From: Oligoflexales bacterium
Lineage (GTDB): Bacteria > Bdellovibrionota_B > Oligoflexia > Oligoflexales > CAIYRB01
DNA: 49,938 bases
Reading direction: 5' to 3'
NCBI GenBank assembly: GCA_041736175.1
Contig: JBGSUI010000011.1
Location: 1 to 49,938 of the forward strand
In this document: piece by piece, positions 1-9,035 of the stretch
How the letters are laid out: each line of letters opens with the position of its first letter
Position numbering within the stretch: position 1 is the stretch's first letter
Made by a program: the position numbers and the translations under genes
The notes under the pieces: model-generated
Database searches by the model: none
The model's input: only the letters and a program-made list of their open reading frames with translations
What the model was told of the DNA's origin: nothing

Positions 1-173
1 TTCCGATTAGCTTACGTTTAGATGGTGGTATCGTTGCGAGTCTCAAATCGGAAGCAGAGCGTCTTGGAATTCCTTTTCAGACATTAGTCGGCAGTATTTT
101 GCACCAGTTCGCTAGTGGCGAGCTTGTTTCAAAGCAGACGAAGGGTCAATTGAAGAAAATCAAGGCTTCGTGA
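1..173 (+). CDS. CopG/ribbon-helix-helix antitoxin-like protein, 5'-truncated by window edge
   Basis: Not in ORF track. Frame from base 3 reads PISLRLDGGIVASLKSEAERLGIPFQTLVGSILHQFASGELV...KAS*, matching the ISLRL...GIPYQTL..SILH pattern of CopG antitoxins. Confidence 0.7.
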   Translation, partial: PISLRLDGGIVASLKSEAERLGIPFQTLVGSILHQFASGELVSKQTKGQLKKIKAS

Positions 174-233
174 CTTTAGAAGCGAACGGACGATTGCTGG
201 CAAAGGCTGGTAGTTCACCTAAGCCTCGCTAAC

Positions 234-1085
234 TTACCGAGTCGACTCGTAGGACCCTAGGACTTTAAGGCTCTTGGTCATAGCCCCTAAGGTCATCAAG
301 GCAGTGTTCCAAGCTGGATGATCTGGTCCCGCAGCGATCTCCAAATAGTAATGATAGGTCCAAGCGGCCTCTTTGGTCGGTCGGGCTTCGCAGTGAACCA
401 GCTCGATCCCAAGGCTTTGGAGGATCCCACAGAGGGGGCCAATCCTTGCGAATCCCTCGCCCGAGTGGAGTAGGAGCAGGCTTAGGGTGCGGCCTCGGCG
501 TTTAGGGATAGAGTCTTTGCGGGGTGATTTGCGGATTTTGGTCAGGTGGAGAAACCGCGTATAGTTTTGCCCCCGGTCGGCGATGTTTTTGGTGAGGACT
601 TTGAGTCCGTAGAGTCTCGCGGCCTGCTCGGAGGCGATGGCAGCCAGATAAGGGGTGCGGGTTTTTGCCAGGTGTTCTGCAGCTCCGGCGGTGTCAAAAA
701 AAGACTGCACCTCAAAATCTCGTTCTCGCAAAAAGTTAGAGCATTGGGCCAAGGCTTGGGGATGGGAAATCACCATCTTAATCTCAGTGAGGGTTGTGCC
801 GGGAGGAGCCAGAAGGCAGTGTTGGATCGGAAGGATGGTCTCACCAACGATGGAGATCGGAAATCGCGCGAGATGGTCAAAATTCTCATAGATGGTCCCG
901 GCAAGGGAGTTTTCAAAGGGTAAGAGAGCATCCGAGATCTTTGAGGTGGAAAGCTCCTGAAAGACCCGCTCGAAAGAAGGGAGCGGTCTCACCCGCCCCA
1001 AGGCCTCTTTACCGAAATACTGGAGGATCGCCAATTCGCTGTAGGCACCCCGAAGACCTTGGAATCCAATCTGGGGGTGTGGCAT
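234..1085 (-). CDS. pheA: Prephenate dehydratase
   Basis: FQGLRGAYSE, PFENSLAG, SHPQALAQC and NYTRF motifs; C-terminal ACT-like domain. Confidence 0.93.
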   Translation of the reverse strand: MPHPQIGFQGLRGAYSELAILQYFGKEALGRVRPLPSFERVFQELSTSKISDALLPFENSLAGTIYENFDHLARFPISIVGETILPIQHCLLAPPGTTLTEIKMVISHPQALAQCSNFLRERDFEVQSFFDTAGAAEHLAKTRTPYLAAIASEQAARLYGLKVLTKNIADRGQNYTRFLHLTKIRKSPRKDSIPKRRGRTLSLLLLHSGEGFARIGPLCGILQSLGIELVHCEARPTKEAAWTYHYYLEIAAGPDHPAWNTALMTLGAMTKSLKVLGSYESTR

Positions 1086-1116
1086 AGACGGCTCCTAAAA
1101 AGAGGTTAAACGGAGT

Positions 1117-2706
1117 TTACACAACTTTTCCTTTTGTCACCAGCTGACCGAGTTCGTCAATCACCCGGTGGGCAGACTGGAGGGCCCCTTGGATCCATCC
1201 CGGTTCCAGGGAGGTATGGTCGCCCGCAAAGAGGATCTTGCCCTCAGGGATTTGGGTGGCCAAATATAGATCGATTTGGCCCGGAGCATAGGCGGACCAG
1301 CCGCCCCCGATCCAGTCCTGTTGGTGCCAGACAAAGCTCATCCCTTTGTGAAATTGGGATTTGGCTTCGGGAAAGACTTGGCTCATCTGATTCAGGACCG
1401 CGGTGATCCGCTCTTCAGGAGCGAGGGCGCCCAGGGTCCGGGCGTTTTCATGCTGCACATAGGCGGTAAGGATCCCCAGGTTGCTGGGTTTGCCCGTGCG
1501 GTGTTTTTGGTCATCGGAACCGGACATATCCCAGAGGCGTTCGAAGTTAAAGTCAGAGTGTAAGACTTTAAGGCCCTTGATCCCGTAGGTGCTGTTTTCC
1601 CAAAAACGATTTTTAAATTGTAAGTTAATCCGCGTCACCGACTGCATTTTGACTTCTCGGGAAGCCCGCATCTTAGGCTGTGAGAGCCGGGGCAGCCAGT
1701 TTATTTTTTGGATCACGTCGAGGGGTAGGGTGCAGATACAGAAGTCGGTTTCCAGTTGCTTAAACTCTCCCCGTTGTTTGTAGGTGATCACGGTCTTGTT
1801 GGGTTTGGCTTCGACCCCAGTGACGTCAGCCAGGAGTTCCACCCGAGAGCGTGGTGATAATTGACCAGCAAAACGTCGGGCGAGCTGCTCGTTGCCACCT
1901 TTGATACGGTAGGTGCGGTCCCATTCTCTTTCCAGGTATTCCCCGGCAAGCCAGCCAAGGGCAGAGTACATGTTGACCTCAGAGCCGTTGGCAGACTGCA
2001 CCACTTTGCGGGCAAAGTCGCTATAGCCGATGCTTTGGAGGTATCCGGCAAAAGTCATGGAGTCCCATTCTTGAACCTTTGCTGCCGTGATAAAGGCTCC
2101 GGATTTGGACCCGTGAGAATTCAGCGGCCAGCGTTTTTGTGAGGGGTCGCCCATATGGGGGAAAGCTTTACCTGTGTACCCTGACTCGATGGCGCCGCGG
2201 TCTTCGGGCCAAGGTTTTTGGTCATGGCCGGGTTTTTTAAAGCGGGTGATCCCCTCTAAGGAATACATGGTGTTGTCGAGGGGGCCATGGTCCAGGGCAG
2301 CGAGTTCGAGCCCGAGCTTTTTGGCGTAACCCGTGGTCAGGTCGTGGCAGTCAGGGATCCGGGTCGCGCCGAGTTCGCAGTATTGGCCGTCGTCAAAAAA
2401 GTCGTATTGGGTCCAGACCCGACCGCTGACCCTTTTGGTTTTTTCCAGGACTGTCACCGAAAAACCCATTTTGTCTAGTTCGTAGGCAGTGCAGAGGCCC
2501 GCAGGACCTGCACCTAAGACCACCACTGAGCGGCCTTTGCCATCCATTTGGGTCGATGGTTGGATGTCGGTGAGACCTGACTCACCGAGCTGGTGACGAC
2601 AGCCTGCAAGGAGTCCTAAAGCGGCGCTCATACGTAAAAAATCTCTCCGTTTGAGCATGGATTCAAGCTGGGCCAAGAGTTGGGGAGGCAGGGATTTTTG
2701 ACTCAC
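1117..2706 (-). CDS. Flavin monoamine oxidase / L-amino-acid oxidase family protein with Tat lipoprotein signal
   Basis: KRRDFL twin-Arg motif plus LLAGC lipobox; GAGPAGL FAD motif, RVSGRVWT, ELGATRI, LFAGDHT...GWIQGALQS. Confidence 0.88.
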   Translation of the reverse strand: MSQKSLPPQLLAQLESMLKRRDFLRMSAALGLLAGCRHQLGESGLTDIQPSTQMDGKGRSVVVLGAGPAGLCTAYELDKMGFSVTVLEKTKRVSGRVWTQYDFFDDGQYCELGATRIPDCHDLTTGYAKKLGLELAALDHGPLDNTMYSLEGITRFKKPGHDQKPWPEDRGAIESGYTGKAFPHMGDPSQKRWPLNSHGSKSGAFITAAKVQEWDSMTFAGYLQSIGYSDFARKVVQSANGSEVNMYSALGWLAGEYLEREWDRTYRIKGGNEQLARRFAGQLSPRSRVELLADVTGVEAKPNKTVITYKQRGEFKQLETDFCICTLPLDVIQKINWLPRLSQPKMRASREVKMQSVTRINLQFKNRFWENSTYGIKGLKVLHSDFNFERLWDMSGSDDQKHRTGKPSNLGILTAYVQHENARTLGALAPEERITAVLNQMSQVFPEAKSQFHKGMSFVWHQQDWIGGGWSAYAPGQIDLYLATQIPEGKILFAGDHTSLEPGWIQGALQSAHRVIDELGQLVTKGKVV

Positions 2707-2898
2707 TGGGCTGACCTTTCGCGTAGGGAGTTAGGAGTTGGTGCCGGAGTTTTTGACTGACCGGGTTTGGGAATCTCTGCATAAAATAGACCAAGCTTGG
2801 TCGATTCCCAAATTCTGTTGTAACCTGAGACAAAACTCGGTAGGATCCCCGCCTCGCGTAGAACCACCGCCAATCCGCGTAGACAGAGAGGAGCATCC

Positions 2899-3258
2899 AT
2901 GGTCCATAAAAATTCCCCTCCGGAGCTACGGGTCATCTCCGGTGAGGTTGGGAGAACAATTCCAGGTTTAGATAACGTTCGCGGTCGTGCCAAGGATCTG
3001 GGCCTAGCTCTTGGAGTGATTGCCTATAGGAACGGGGAAGAGGGTTTCCAGCAAATCTCAAAACGACGCCATGATTTACGAGCGGCCCTGAGAACCATCG
3101 AGTTGACCTTAGAGCAGCTCGACGAAGGCTATCATTTTGACGATGATTTTGCAGGAGAGAAAATAGCGTCCATCCGCCGGGCTGCAAGTGTTTTAAACCG
3201 GGAGGCCCAGGTACTCCTGCAACTCTATACTCCCGACGAAGACGAGGGGGTCCCATGA
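2899..3258 (+). CDS. Hypothetical protein with HisKA-like helix, coupled to yicC
   Basis: GAGGAG RBS upstream, ATGA overlap with the next gene, RRHDLRAAL segment. Confidence 0.55.
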   Translation: MVHKNSPPELRVISGEVGRTIPGLDNVRGRAKDLGLALGVIAYRNGEEGFQQISKRRHDLRAALRTIELTLEQLDEGYHFDDDFAGEKIASIRRAASVLNREAQVLLQLYTPDEDEGVP

Positions 3259-4265
3259 ATGCAGAAAGAGCACGCACTGAGATAAGTCCTGGCACTGCTT
3301 TGATGAGTATGACAGGTTTTGGGTTTCACCAGCATCAGGACGACCAAGCTGTTTACCGCTGTGAGATCCGGTCTGTTAATAGCCGTTACCTAGAAGTCCA
3401 AGTCCGCACCCCAAGACACTTGATGAGTTTAGAGCCGATCCTTATCAATGCAGTCAAATCTCGGGTCGAGCGGGGTAAGGTCGATGTTTTTATCGAGTGT
3501 GTACCGGCCAAGAAGGACCAAGTCCCCGTAGGGCTAGGTGCGAATCTTAAGGAGTATCTTGATCTATATTCCAATGCGGAAAAACAAGTCCGACACCAAG
3601 GCCTCTCGGTTTCGCCGCTGGACCTTCGAAGTCTGTTAAGTGATTTAGGCATGGGTCCTTGCGGAGAATCAAAGTCCCCAGGAGCGGCTCAAGGTCTGGA
3701 TCCTGAAGAGGTCCAGGAAAAGTTTCAGCCGGGGATTCTCACGTGCTTGGAAAAGGCTCTCGACCGACATCATGAGTCCCGGGCCGCAGAGGGGAAATCT
3801 CTGGGCCTATCCCTCGCCGAGCCCCTAGGCAAGCTAAAAAACCATCTAAAATCCCTTTTGGAGCAACTGGAATCCATTCGCTTGGTCCTAAAAAATGTCC
3901 ATAAAAAACGACTGGATACAGCTATAGATGCCCTGGTCACCTCCCTTGATCCCCAGCTCCTTAAATCCCGTGAGGAGCGGCTTCTTATGGAGCTGGCCCT
4001 TCTGGCCGATAAACAAGACATTGCTGAGGAAATCACCAGGCTTGGCATTCACCTTGACCAAGTGGAGCGGATGTTAGGGGGTGGTCCCCATCAGTTGGCT
4101 CCCAAAGGTGGCCAGGGGCGCAAGCTGGATTTTATGTGTCAGGAAATGTTTCGCGAAATAAACACAATGTCCAATAAACTACTCCAAATCGAAGTCTTAG
4201 GCTTGACGATCGAAATGAAACAACAGGTGGAAAAAATCCGGCAACAGGTCCAGAACATCGAATAA
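3255..4265 (+). CDS. yicC: YicC/YloC family endoribonuclease
   Basis: SMTGFG, EIRSVNSRYLE, DIAEEITRL, GRKLDFMCQEMFREINT, EKIRQQVQNIE; lies upstream of gmk. Confidence 0.93.
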   Translation: MNAERARTEISPGTALMSMTGFGFHQHQDDQAVYRCEIRSVNSRYLEVQVRTPRHLMSLEPILINAVKSRVERGKVDVFIECVPAKKDQVPVGLGANLKEYLDLYSNAEKQVRHQGLSVSPLDLRSLLSDLGMGPCGESKSPGAAQGLDPEEVQEKFQPGILTCLEKALDRHHESRAAEGKSLGLSLAEPLGKLKNHLKSLLEQLESIRLVLKNVHKKRLDTAIDALVTSLDPQLLKSREERLLMELALLADKQDIAEEITRLGIHLDQVERMLGGGPHQLAPKGGQGRKLDFMCQEMFREINTMSNKLLQIEVLGLTIEMKQQVEKIRQQVQNIE

Positions 4266-4280
4266 GTAGGCACCATCTCC

Positions 4281-4946
4281 ATGGCAGCGCAAACTCCAAA
4301 TTATTATGTGATTTCGGCCCCCTCAGGGACAGGGAAAACGACCTTAAACCGCAGGCTGATCGAGCAACACCCTGATTTCGAAATATCGGTCAGCTACACC
4401 ACTCGGAGCAAGCGTCCTGGTGAACTCGAAGGAGTTCACTATCACTTTGTGACTCCCGATACCTTCCAGGACTTGATCCAGCGTGGGCAGATGCTTGAGT
4501 TCGCTAATCTCTTCGGCACTCTTTATGGGACCTCCCACCAGGAGCTCGACCGGATCCATCGCCTAGGGAAAAAAGTTGTTTTAGAGATTGACGTCCAAGG
4601 GTGGCTCCAGGCCCAACCAAAGCTTTCCCATGCGGTTTCCATCTTTATTTTGCCGCCCTCGATCAAGGATTTATGGGAGCGGCTTTCGCTCCGAGGGACG
4701 GAATCTTTAGAGACCCGGTGGCGACGGCTCCAGACTGCTAAACACGAGATTGAATCAGCCCATCTTTACGATCATTTCATAGTTAATCGAGATCTCGATC
4801 TAGCCTTTCAAGAGCTGGTGAATATTGTGGTCTTGCATAAGGCCCCTGTAAAAAGTCGTCTAGATGGCGTCTCACTTTGCCAGCATCTGTTAAGAGAGTT
4901 CGAAGATCCGTGGTTGCTTAAGATCAAAAGCCAGCTATCTGCCTAG
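4281..4946 (+). CDS. gmk: Guanylate kinase
   Basis: SAPSGTGKTT, SVSYTTR..RPGE..GVHYHF, YGTS, LEIDVQG, IFILPPS. Confidence 0.96.
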   Translation: MAAQTPNYYVISAPSGTGKTTLNRRLIEQHPDFEISVSYTTRSKRPGELEGVHYHFVTPDTFQDLIQRGQMLEFANLFGTLYGTSHQELDRIHRLGKKVVLEIDVQGWLQAQPKLSHAVSIFILPPSIKDLWERLSLRGTESLETRWRRLQTAKHEIESAHLYDHFIVNRDLDLAFQELVNIVVLHKAPVKSRLDGVSLCQHLLREFEDPWLLKIKSQLSA

Positions 4947-5113
4947 GTCTGACGCGCTGAGGTTTAGGGCAGGTAGGGTTGAAATAACTGGGTTTTTTTG
5001 CTATAATTTAAGATAAAGCCTGCCTTTTCCGATAAAACTTGTGGAGTTCCTTGTTTTGAAAATTCCTCTTGGCTTGAAGTCGCTTTCTAAGCAGTTATCC
5101 GTCGACTCTGAGC

Positions 5114-7540
5114 ATGTCAGGGAGTACAATAACCCAATGGTGGGTGAGATCGATGTCGTCTGATGGTCAACAAAACCGCTTGAACCAAAACCCCTTAAGT
5201 GCCGACGTGCAGCCGGTTCGGTCCAAGGAAGAGGCGGCGCTGTTGCCCCCACCTGGTGCAACCGGTGCGGTGGGATTAGAGTCGGAATCTGAAAAATCCT
5301 ATGGGGATTTGCTGGCAGCAGCCAAAACCTATATTAAGAGTGAAGCCAATCTCCTCTTAATCCGCAAGGCTTATGAGTTTGCAAGCAGCTTTCATAAAAC
5401 CCAGGTCAGAAAATCTGGGGAACCCTATATCACGCACCCCCTGGCTGTAGCACAAATCCTAACGACTCTTAAGATCGATATGGCTTCGCTGATTGCAGCG
5501 ATTCTCCATGACACGGTCGAAGACACTCCTTGCACCCTAGAAGATATCGAGACAAATTTTGGAAAAGACGTCAGGGAGCTGGTCGATGGTCTGACTAAAA
5601 TCAGCAAAATAAAATTTCGCTCCAGCCAAGAAAGGCTCGCGGAAAACTTTCGAAAAATGGTTTTGGCTATGGCCCAAGACCTGCGGGTGATCTTGATCAA
5701 GTTAGCTGATCGCCTCCACAATATGCGGACCCTCGACAATCTCCCCCAGACTAAAAGGCAGCGCATAGCCGAGGAGACGTTAGAAATCTATGCACCCCTC
5801 GCCAATCGCCTCGGACTCTATGCCTTTAAAAGCGAGCTCGAAGACCTTTGTATGCGCGAGCTTAAACTCGACCTTTACCGCGATATTAGTCGCAAGGTTG
5901 CTGTTAAGCGAACGGAACGCGAGGCCTATATCGACGACGTCAAGGCCATCCTTACCACAGAGCTACTCAAGTATGGGTTTACCAACTTAGTGGTCTATGG
6001 GAGGCCCAAGCATTTTTATTCCATCTACAAAAAAATGGTGGAGCGTGGGCTCGAATTTGAAGATATCCATGATCTCTTTGCCTTTCGGATTATCGTGGAT
6101 TCGGTCAAAGATTGTTACGAGGCCCTTGGGGTGGTCCATGCCATGTGGAAACCCATGCCAGGGCGCTTTAAAGACTATATTGCGATGCCTAAAGCAAATC
6201 TTTACCAGTCGCTTCATACGACGGTGATCAGGCCAAACGGCGAGCCCTGCGAGATTCAGATTCGCACCCATGAGATGAACCAAACTTGCGAGCTGGGAGT
6301 GGCTTCCCACTGGACCTATAAAGAACGGCACACGGCACCCGAGGGCCGCAGCAGTACAGATTTGCAAAAATTTTCTTGGCTCCGGCAGATTATGGAATGG
6401 CAAAAGGAACTCCATGACCCGGATGAGTTTTTAGAGGCTGTCAAAGTCGATCTTTTTGAGGAGGAGATTTTTGTCTTTACCCCTAAGGGCGATGTGATCC
6501 AGCTCCCCTCTGGAGCGACGATTTTAGATTTTGCCTTTTCGGTCCACACTAAGATTGGTGTGACCACGGTGGGTGCTAAGGTCAACGGTCGCATGGTTCC
6601 CTTAAAAAAAGTGCTTAAAAGCGGCGATATTATCGAAATACTGACCTCGCCCCACCAAAAACCGGGAAAGGACTGGCTTAACTTTGTCACCACATCTAAG
6701 GCCCGCAATAAGATCAGGTCATCTCTTGGGTCAGAGCAGCGCGACCGGAGTCGGACCGTTGGTAGGGAGATGTTGGCTCAGGAGCTAAATAACATTGGAC
6801 TTGATATCGATAAGCTCAAAAGCCAAGATATGGAGCTGCTCACTAAATTTGGGAAAGAAAGCAATTTTGAAGATGTTTTGATTGCCCTAGGCTATGGCAA
6901 ACTCGGCCCCAAAGATCTCCTCACTAAAGCTTTCCCCACCCGTTTTACTCCTAAGCCTACGGAGACTTCGAGTTTACCCTCAAAGCAAGGCCACCCGGAT
7001 TCGCGCCAGTCGACCAACCAGTCTGCAGTGGACAAAAAGACTGAGAGTCATGGGAACATTAAGGCGTCGTCCACGGGAATCCTAGTCCATGATATCGAAA
7101 ATGTTTTGATTAATTTTGCCAGGTGCTGCCATCCGCTGCCAGGGGAGCAGGTCGTGGGTTTTATCACCCGAGGTCGTGGAGTCACGGTCCACCGAGCGTC
7201 TTGCTCGAGGGCCTTAGATATCGATCCCCAGCGCAAGATCGATGTCCATTGGGCCGCTGCTGCAGTCGAGGGTGGCAAGGGTCAGCATGCAGCCTTTCTA
7301 AAAGTGACCGTCCAAGATCGCCAAGGGGTGCTTGCTGACGTCACTGGGGTGATCTCAAAGTTTGGTGCCAATATCCAGCGGGCCCATGTACGGGTCAACC
7401 CTGATCTTATGGGCGTGTTCGAATTTGAAATGACCCTTCAAAGTTTGACCCAGCTCCAGGCGATTATCAGAAAGGTTGAATCTGTCCAGAATGTGCTCAA
7501 AGTGGAGAGAATGGGGACTCATCGGATCAACAAAGTTTGA
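5114..7540 (+). CDS. spoT: Bifunctional (p)ppGpp synthetase/hydrolase, RelA/SpoT family (start may be ATG 5153)
   Basis: RKSGEPYITHP, intact LHDTVED hydrolase motif, KLADRLHNMRTL, YQSLHTTV, EIQIRT, TGS domain, ARCCHP and ACT domain. Confidence 0.95.
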   Translation: MSGSTITQWWVRSMSSDGQQNRLNQNPLSADVQPVRSKEEAALLPPPGATGAVGLESESEKSYGDLLAAAKTYIKSEANLLLIRKAYEFASSFHKTQVRKSGEPYITHPLAVAQILTTLKIDMASLIAAILHDTVEDTPCTLEDIETNFGKDVRELVDGLTKISKIKFRSSQERLAENFRKMVLAMAQDLRVILIKLADRLHNMRTLDNLPQTKRQRIAEETLEIYAPLANRLGLYAFKSELEDLCMRELKLDLYRDISRKVAVKRTEREAYIDDVKAILTTELLKYGFTNLVVYGRPKHFYSIYKKMVERGLEFEDIHDLFAFRIIVDSVKDCYEALGVVHAMWKPMPGRFKDYIAMPKANLYQSLHTTVIRPNGEPCEIQIRTHEMNQTCELGVASHWTYKERHTAPEGRSSTDLQKFSWLRQIMEWQKELHDPDEFLEAVKVDLFEEEIFVFTPKGDVIQLPSGATILDFAFSVHTKIGVTTVGAKVNGRMVPLKKVLKSGDIIEILTSPHQKPGKDWLNFVTTSKARNKIRSSLGSEQRDRSRTVGREMLAQELNNIGLDIDKLKSQDMELLTKFGKESNFEDVLIALGYGKLGPKDLLTKAFPTRFTPKPTETSSLPSKQGHPDSRQSTNQSAVDKKTESHGNIKASSTGILVHDIENVLINFARCCHPLPGEQVVGFITRGRGVTVHRASCSRALDIDPQRKIDVHWAAAAVEGGKGQHAAFLKVTVQDRQGVLADVTGVISKFGANIQRAHVRVNPDLMGVFEFEMTLQSLTQLQAIIRKVESVQNVLKVERMGTHRINKV

Positions 7541-7992
7541 CAGCGAGGTATCACATGACCAAAGCAATGACCCATCGTAAACCAGATTCGAACCGCACCT
7601 TTGTGTGGGCACTTATATCCGTCGGAATTTTTTGTCACCCAAATCCCAGCCGAGGAGACGGGGGACCCTATGCTAAGGTCGAGGTCACCCAGGGGGCGTC
7701 GTCGACCAATCATAAGGAAATCATATTCGAAGTCACTCCGCTGCAAAATTTAATGATTAACGAAGACGCTCCCTGGTCGTTAAATGTGACGAGCGGGGGT
7801 GTCAAGTTTACGCGGGACAAACTTAAAAAAGAGGATTACAACCCTAAAATTCCGGGATTTAGTATCACCCTTGTGGAGTTGCCAAAAGCGCCCAGTGAGC
7901 TATCCTATGAGCTCACCGCTTTCATTTGTACCAAAGATAAGGGGCGGTGTTATCGGGAAGTGGTGAAGGGGAAGGCTGAGGTAAAGCCTTAA
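7537..7992 (+). CDS. Hypothetical exported beta-sandwich protein
   Basis: Hydrophobic N-terminal segment, INEDAPW and FICTKDKGRC; start uncertain. Confidence 0.5.
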   Translation: MTARYHMTKAMTHRKPDSNRTFVWALISVGIFCHPNPSRGDGGPYAKVEVTQGASSTNHKEIIFEVTPLQNLMINEDAPWSLNVTSGGVKFTRDKLKKEDYNPKIPGFSITLVELPKAPSELSYELTAFICTKDKGRCYREVVKGKAEVKP

Positions 7993-8025
7993 AGAGACCC
8001 TTTTAAAGTTATTGGGCAGCTTGTT

Positions 8026-8781
8026 TTAATGGACGGGATCGCTGGCGACGGCAGTGCCTACAGCAGGGTCCACCGAAGATCTCACCCTAGTGACAAAAGT
8101 GGTCAGGTCAAAGGGCTTATTAAAGAGGCCATAGGCGCCTTTGTTCACAGCGTCTTCTTCCGTGACGTCGTCATAGCCCGTGATAAAAAACAAGGGTAGC
8201 TTTGGAAAATGGGTTCTTACGATATCGAGTAGCTCAAAACCATTGCCGTGGGACATGCGCACATCGGTCACGACCGCTTTGATTTGGTGTGTGGCCAAAT
8301 AGCGGATGGCTTCCATGCCGTTAGAGGCTGCACAGATTTCAAAACCAGCTTCTTTTAGGACGGATCCTACGGCGGCGCAGATATCCGGATCGTCGTCGAC
8401 CACTAAAATCAGCTTTTCATTGAGGGTTGGTGATAACATCGTGGGTTGTCCAGGTATAGCCGGGATGGGTTGGGTCCCCATGGGAGCGTCGAGCCCCTCA
8501 GTGGTCGTCGCGGAATCAGGGTGGAGTGGCGACGGCCCTACGAATTGTTCTGTAGCGAGCATTAGGTCACTAGGGCGGACTTCCAGTGCTGACGAAATGG
8601 TCCAGATACTGTTGAGCGTAGCATTCTTGATGCCCCGTTCTATCTGACTCATATAGCTTCGATCTAGTTTTGCCTTATCGGCGAGGGTTTCCTGAGAGCA
8701 GCCACTTTTGGTGCGAAATTGCCGCACTGCTTTTCCAAATGCCTTTACGATTTCCCCATACCGAGAGTGCCGACTTGCCAT
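8026..8781 (-). CDS. XRE-family HTH fused to a C-terminal receiver domain
   Basis: SQETLADKAKLDRSYMSQIERG HTH; ILVVDDD, VVTDVRM, FITG and NKPF receiver motifs. Confidence 0.88.
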   Translation of the reverse strand: MASRHSRYGEIVKAFGKAVRQFRTKSGCSQETLADKAKLDRSYMSQIERGIKNATLNSIWTISSALEVRPSDLMLATEQFVGPSPLHPDSATTTEGLDAPMGTQPIPAIPGQPTMLSPTLNEKLILVVDDDPDICAAVGSVLKEAGFEICAASNGMEAIRYLATHQIKAVVTDVRMSHGNGFELLDIVRTHFPKLPLFFITGYDDVTEEDAVNKGAYGLFNKPFDLTTFVTRVRSSVDPAVGTAVASDPVH

Positions 8782-8979
8782 TGAAAAGTCCTCCCTAACT
8801 CAAAAGCCGTAAGTGGTGCAAAGGCACTGCTCACGACCATGCCAACCCCGTCCATCCTTGAAGGGGCACAAATCGAGACCGCGCAATGCGGCATGAAGTG
8901 AACTCTTATGATAGTGGGTCCCCAAAGAGTCTTGCTAGTGTTTTTTTTGGGACTAATAAATTCCATCGTCGGCGGCGGC

Positions 8980-9005
8980 ACTAAAAAAATCTACTAAAAA
9001 AATCT
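8980..9005. repeat. 13-bp perfect tandem repeat ACTAAAAAAATCT x2
   Basis: Read directly; intergenic, about 200 bp upstream of the XRE-REC gene. Confidence 0.8.
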
Positions 9006-9035
9006 TTTGCTAAAGAGGGTTATCGCCTTTTGATT

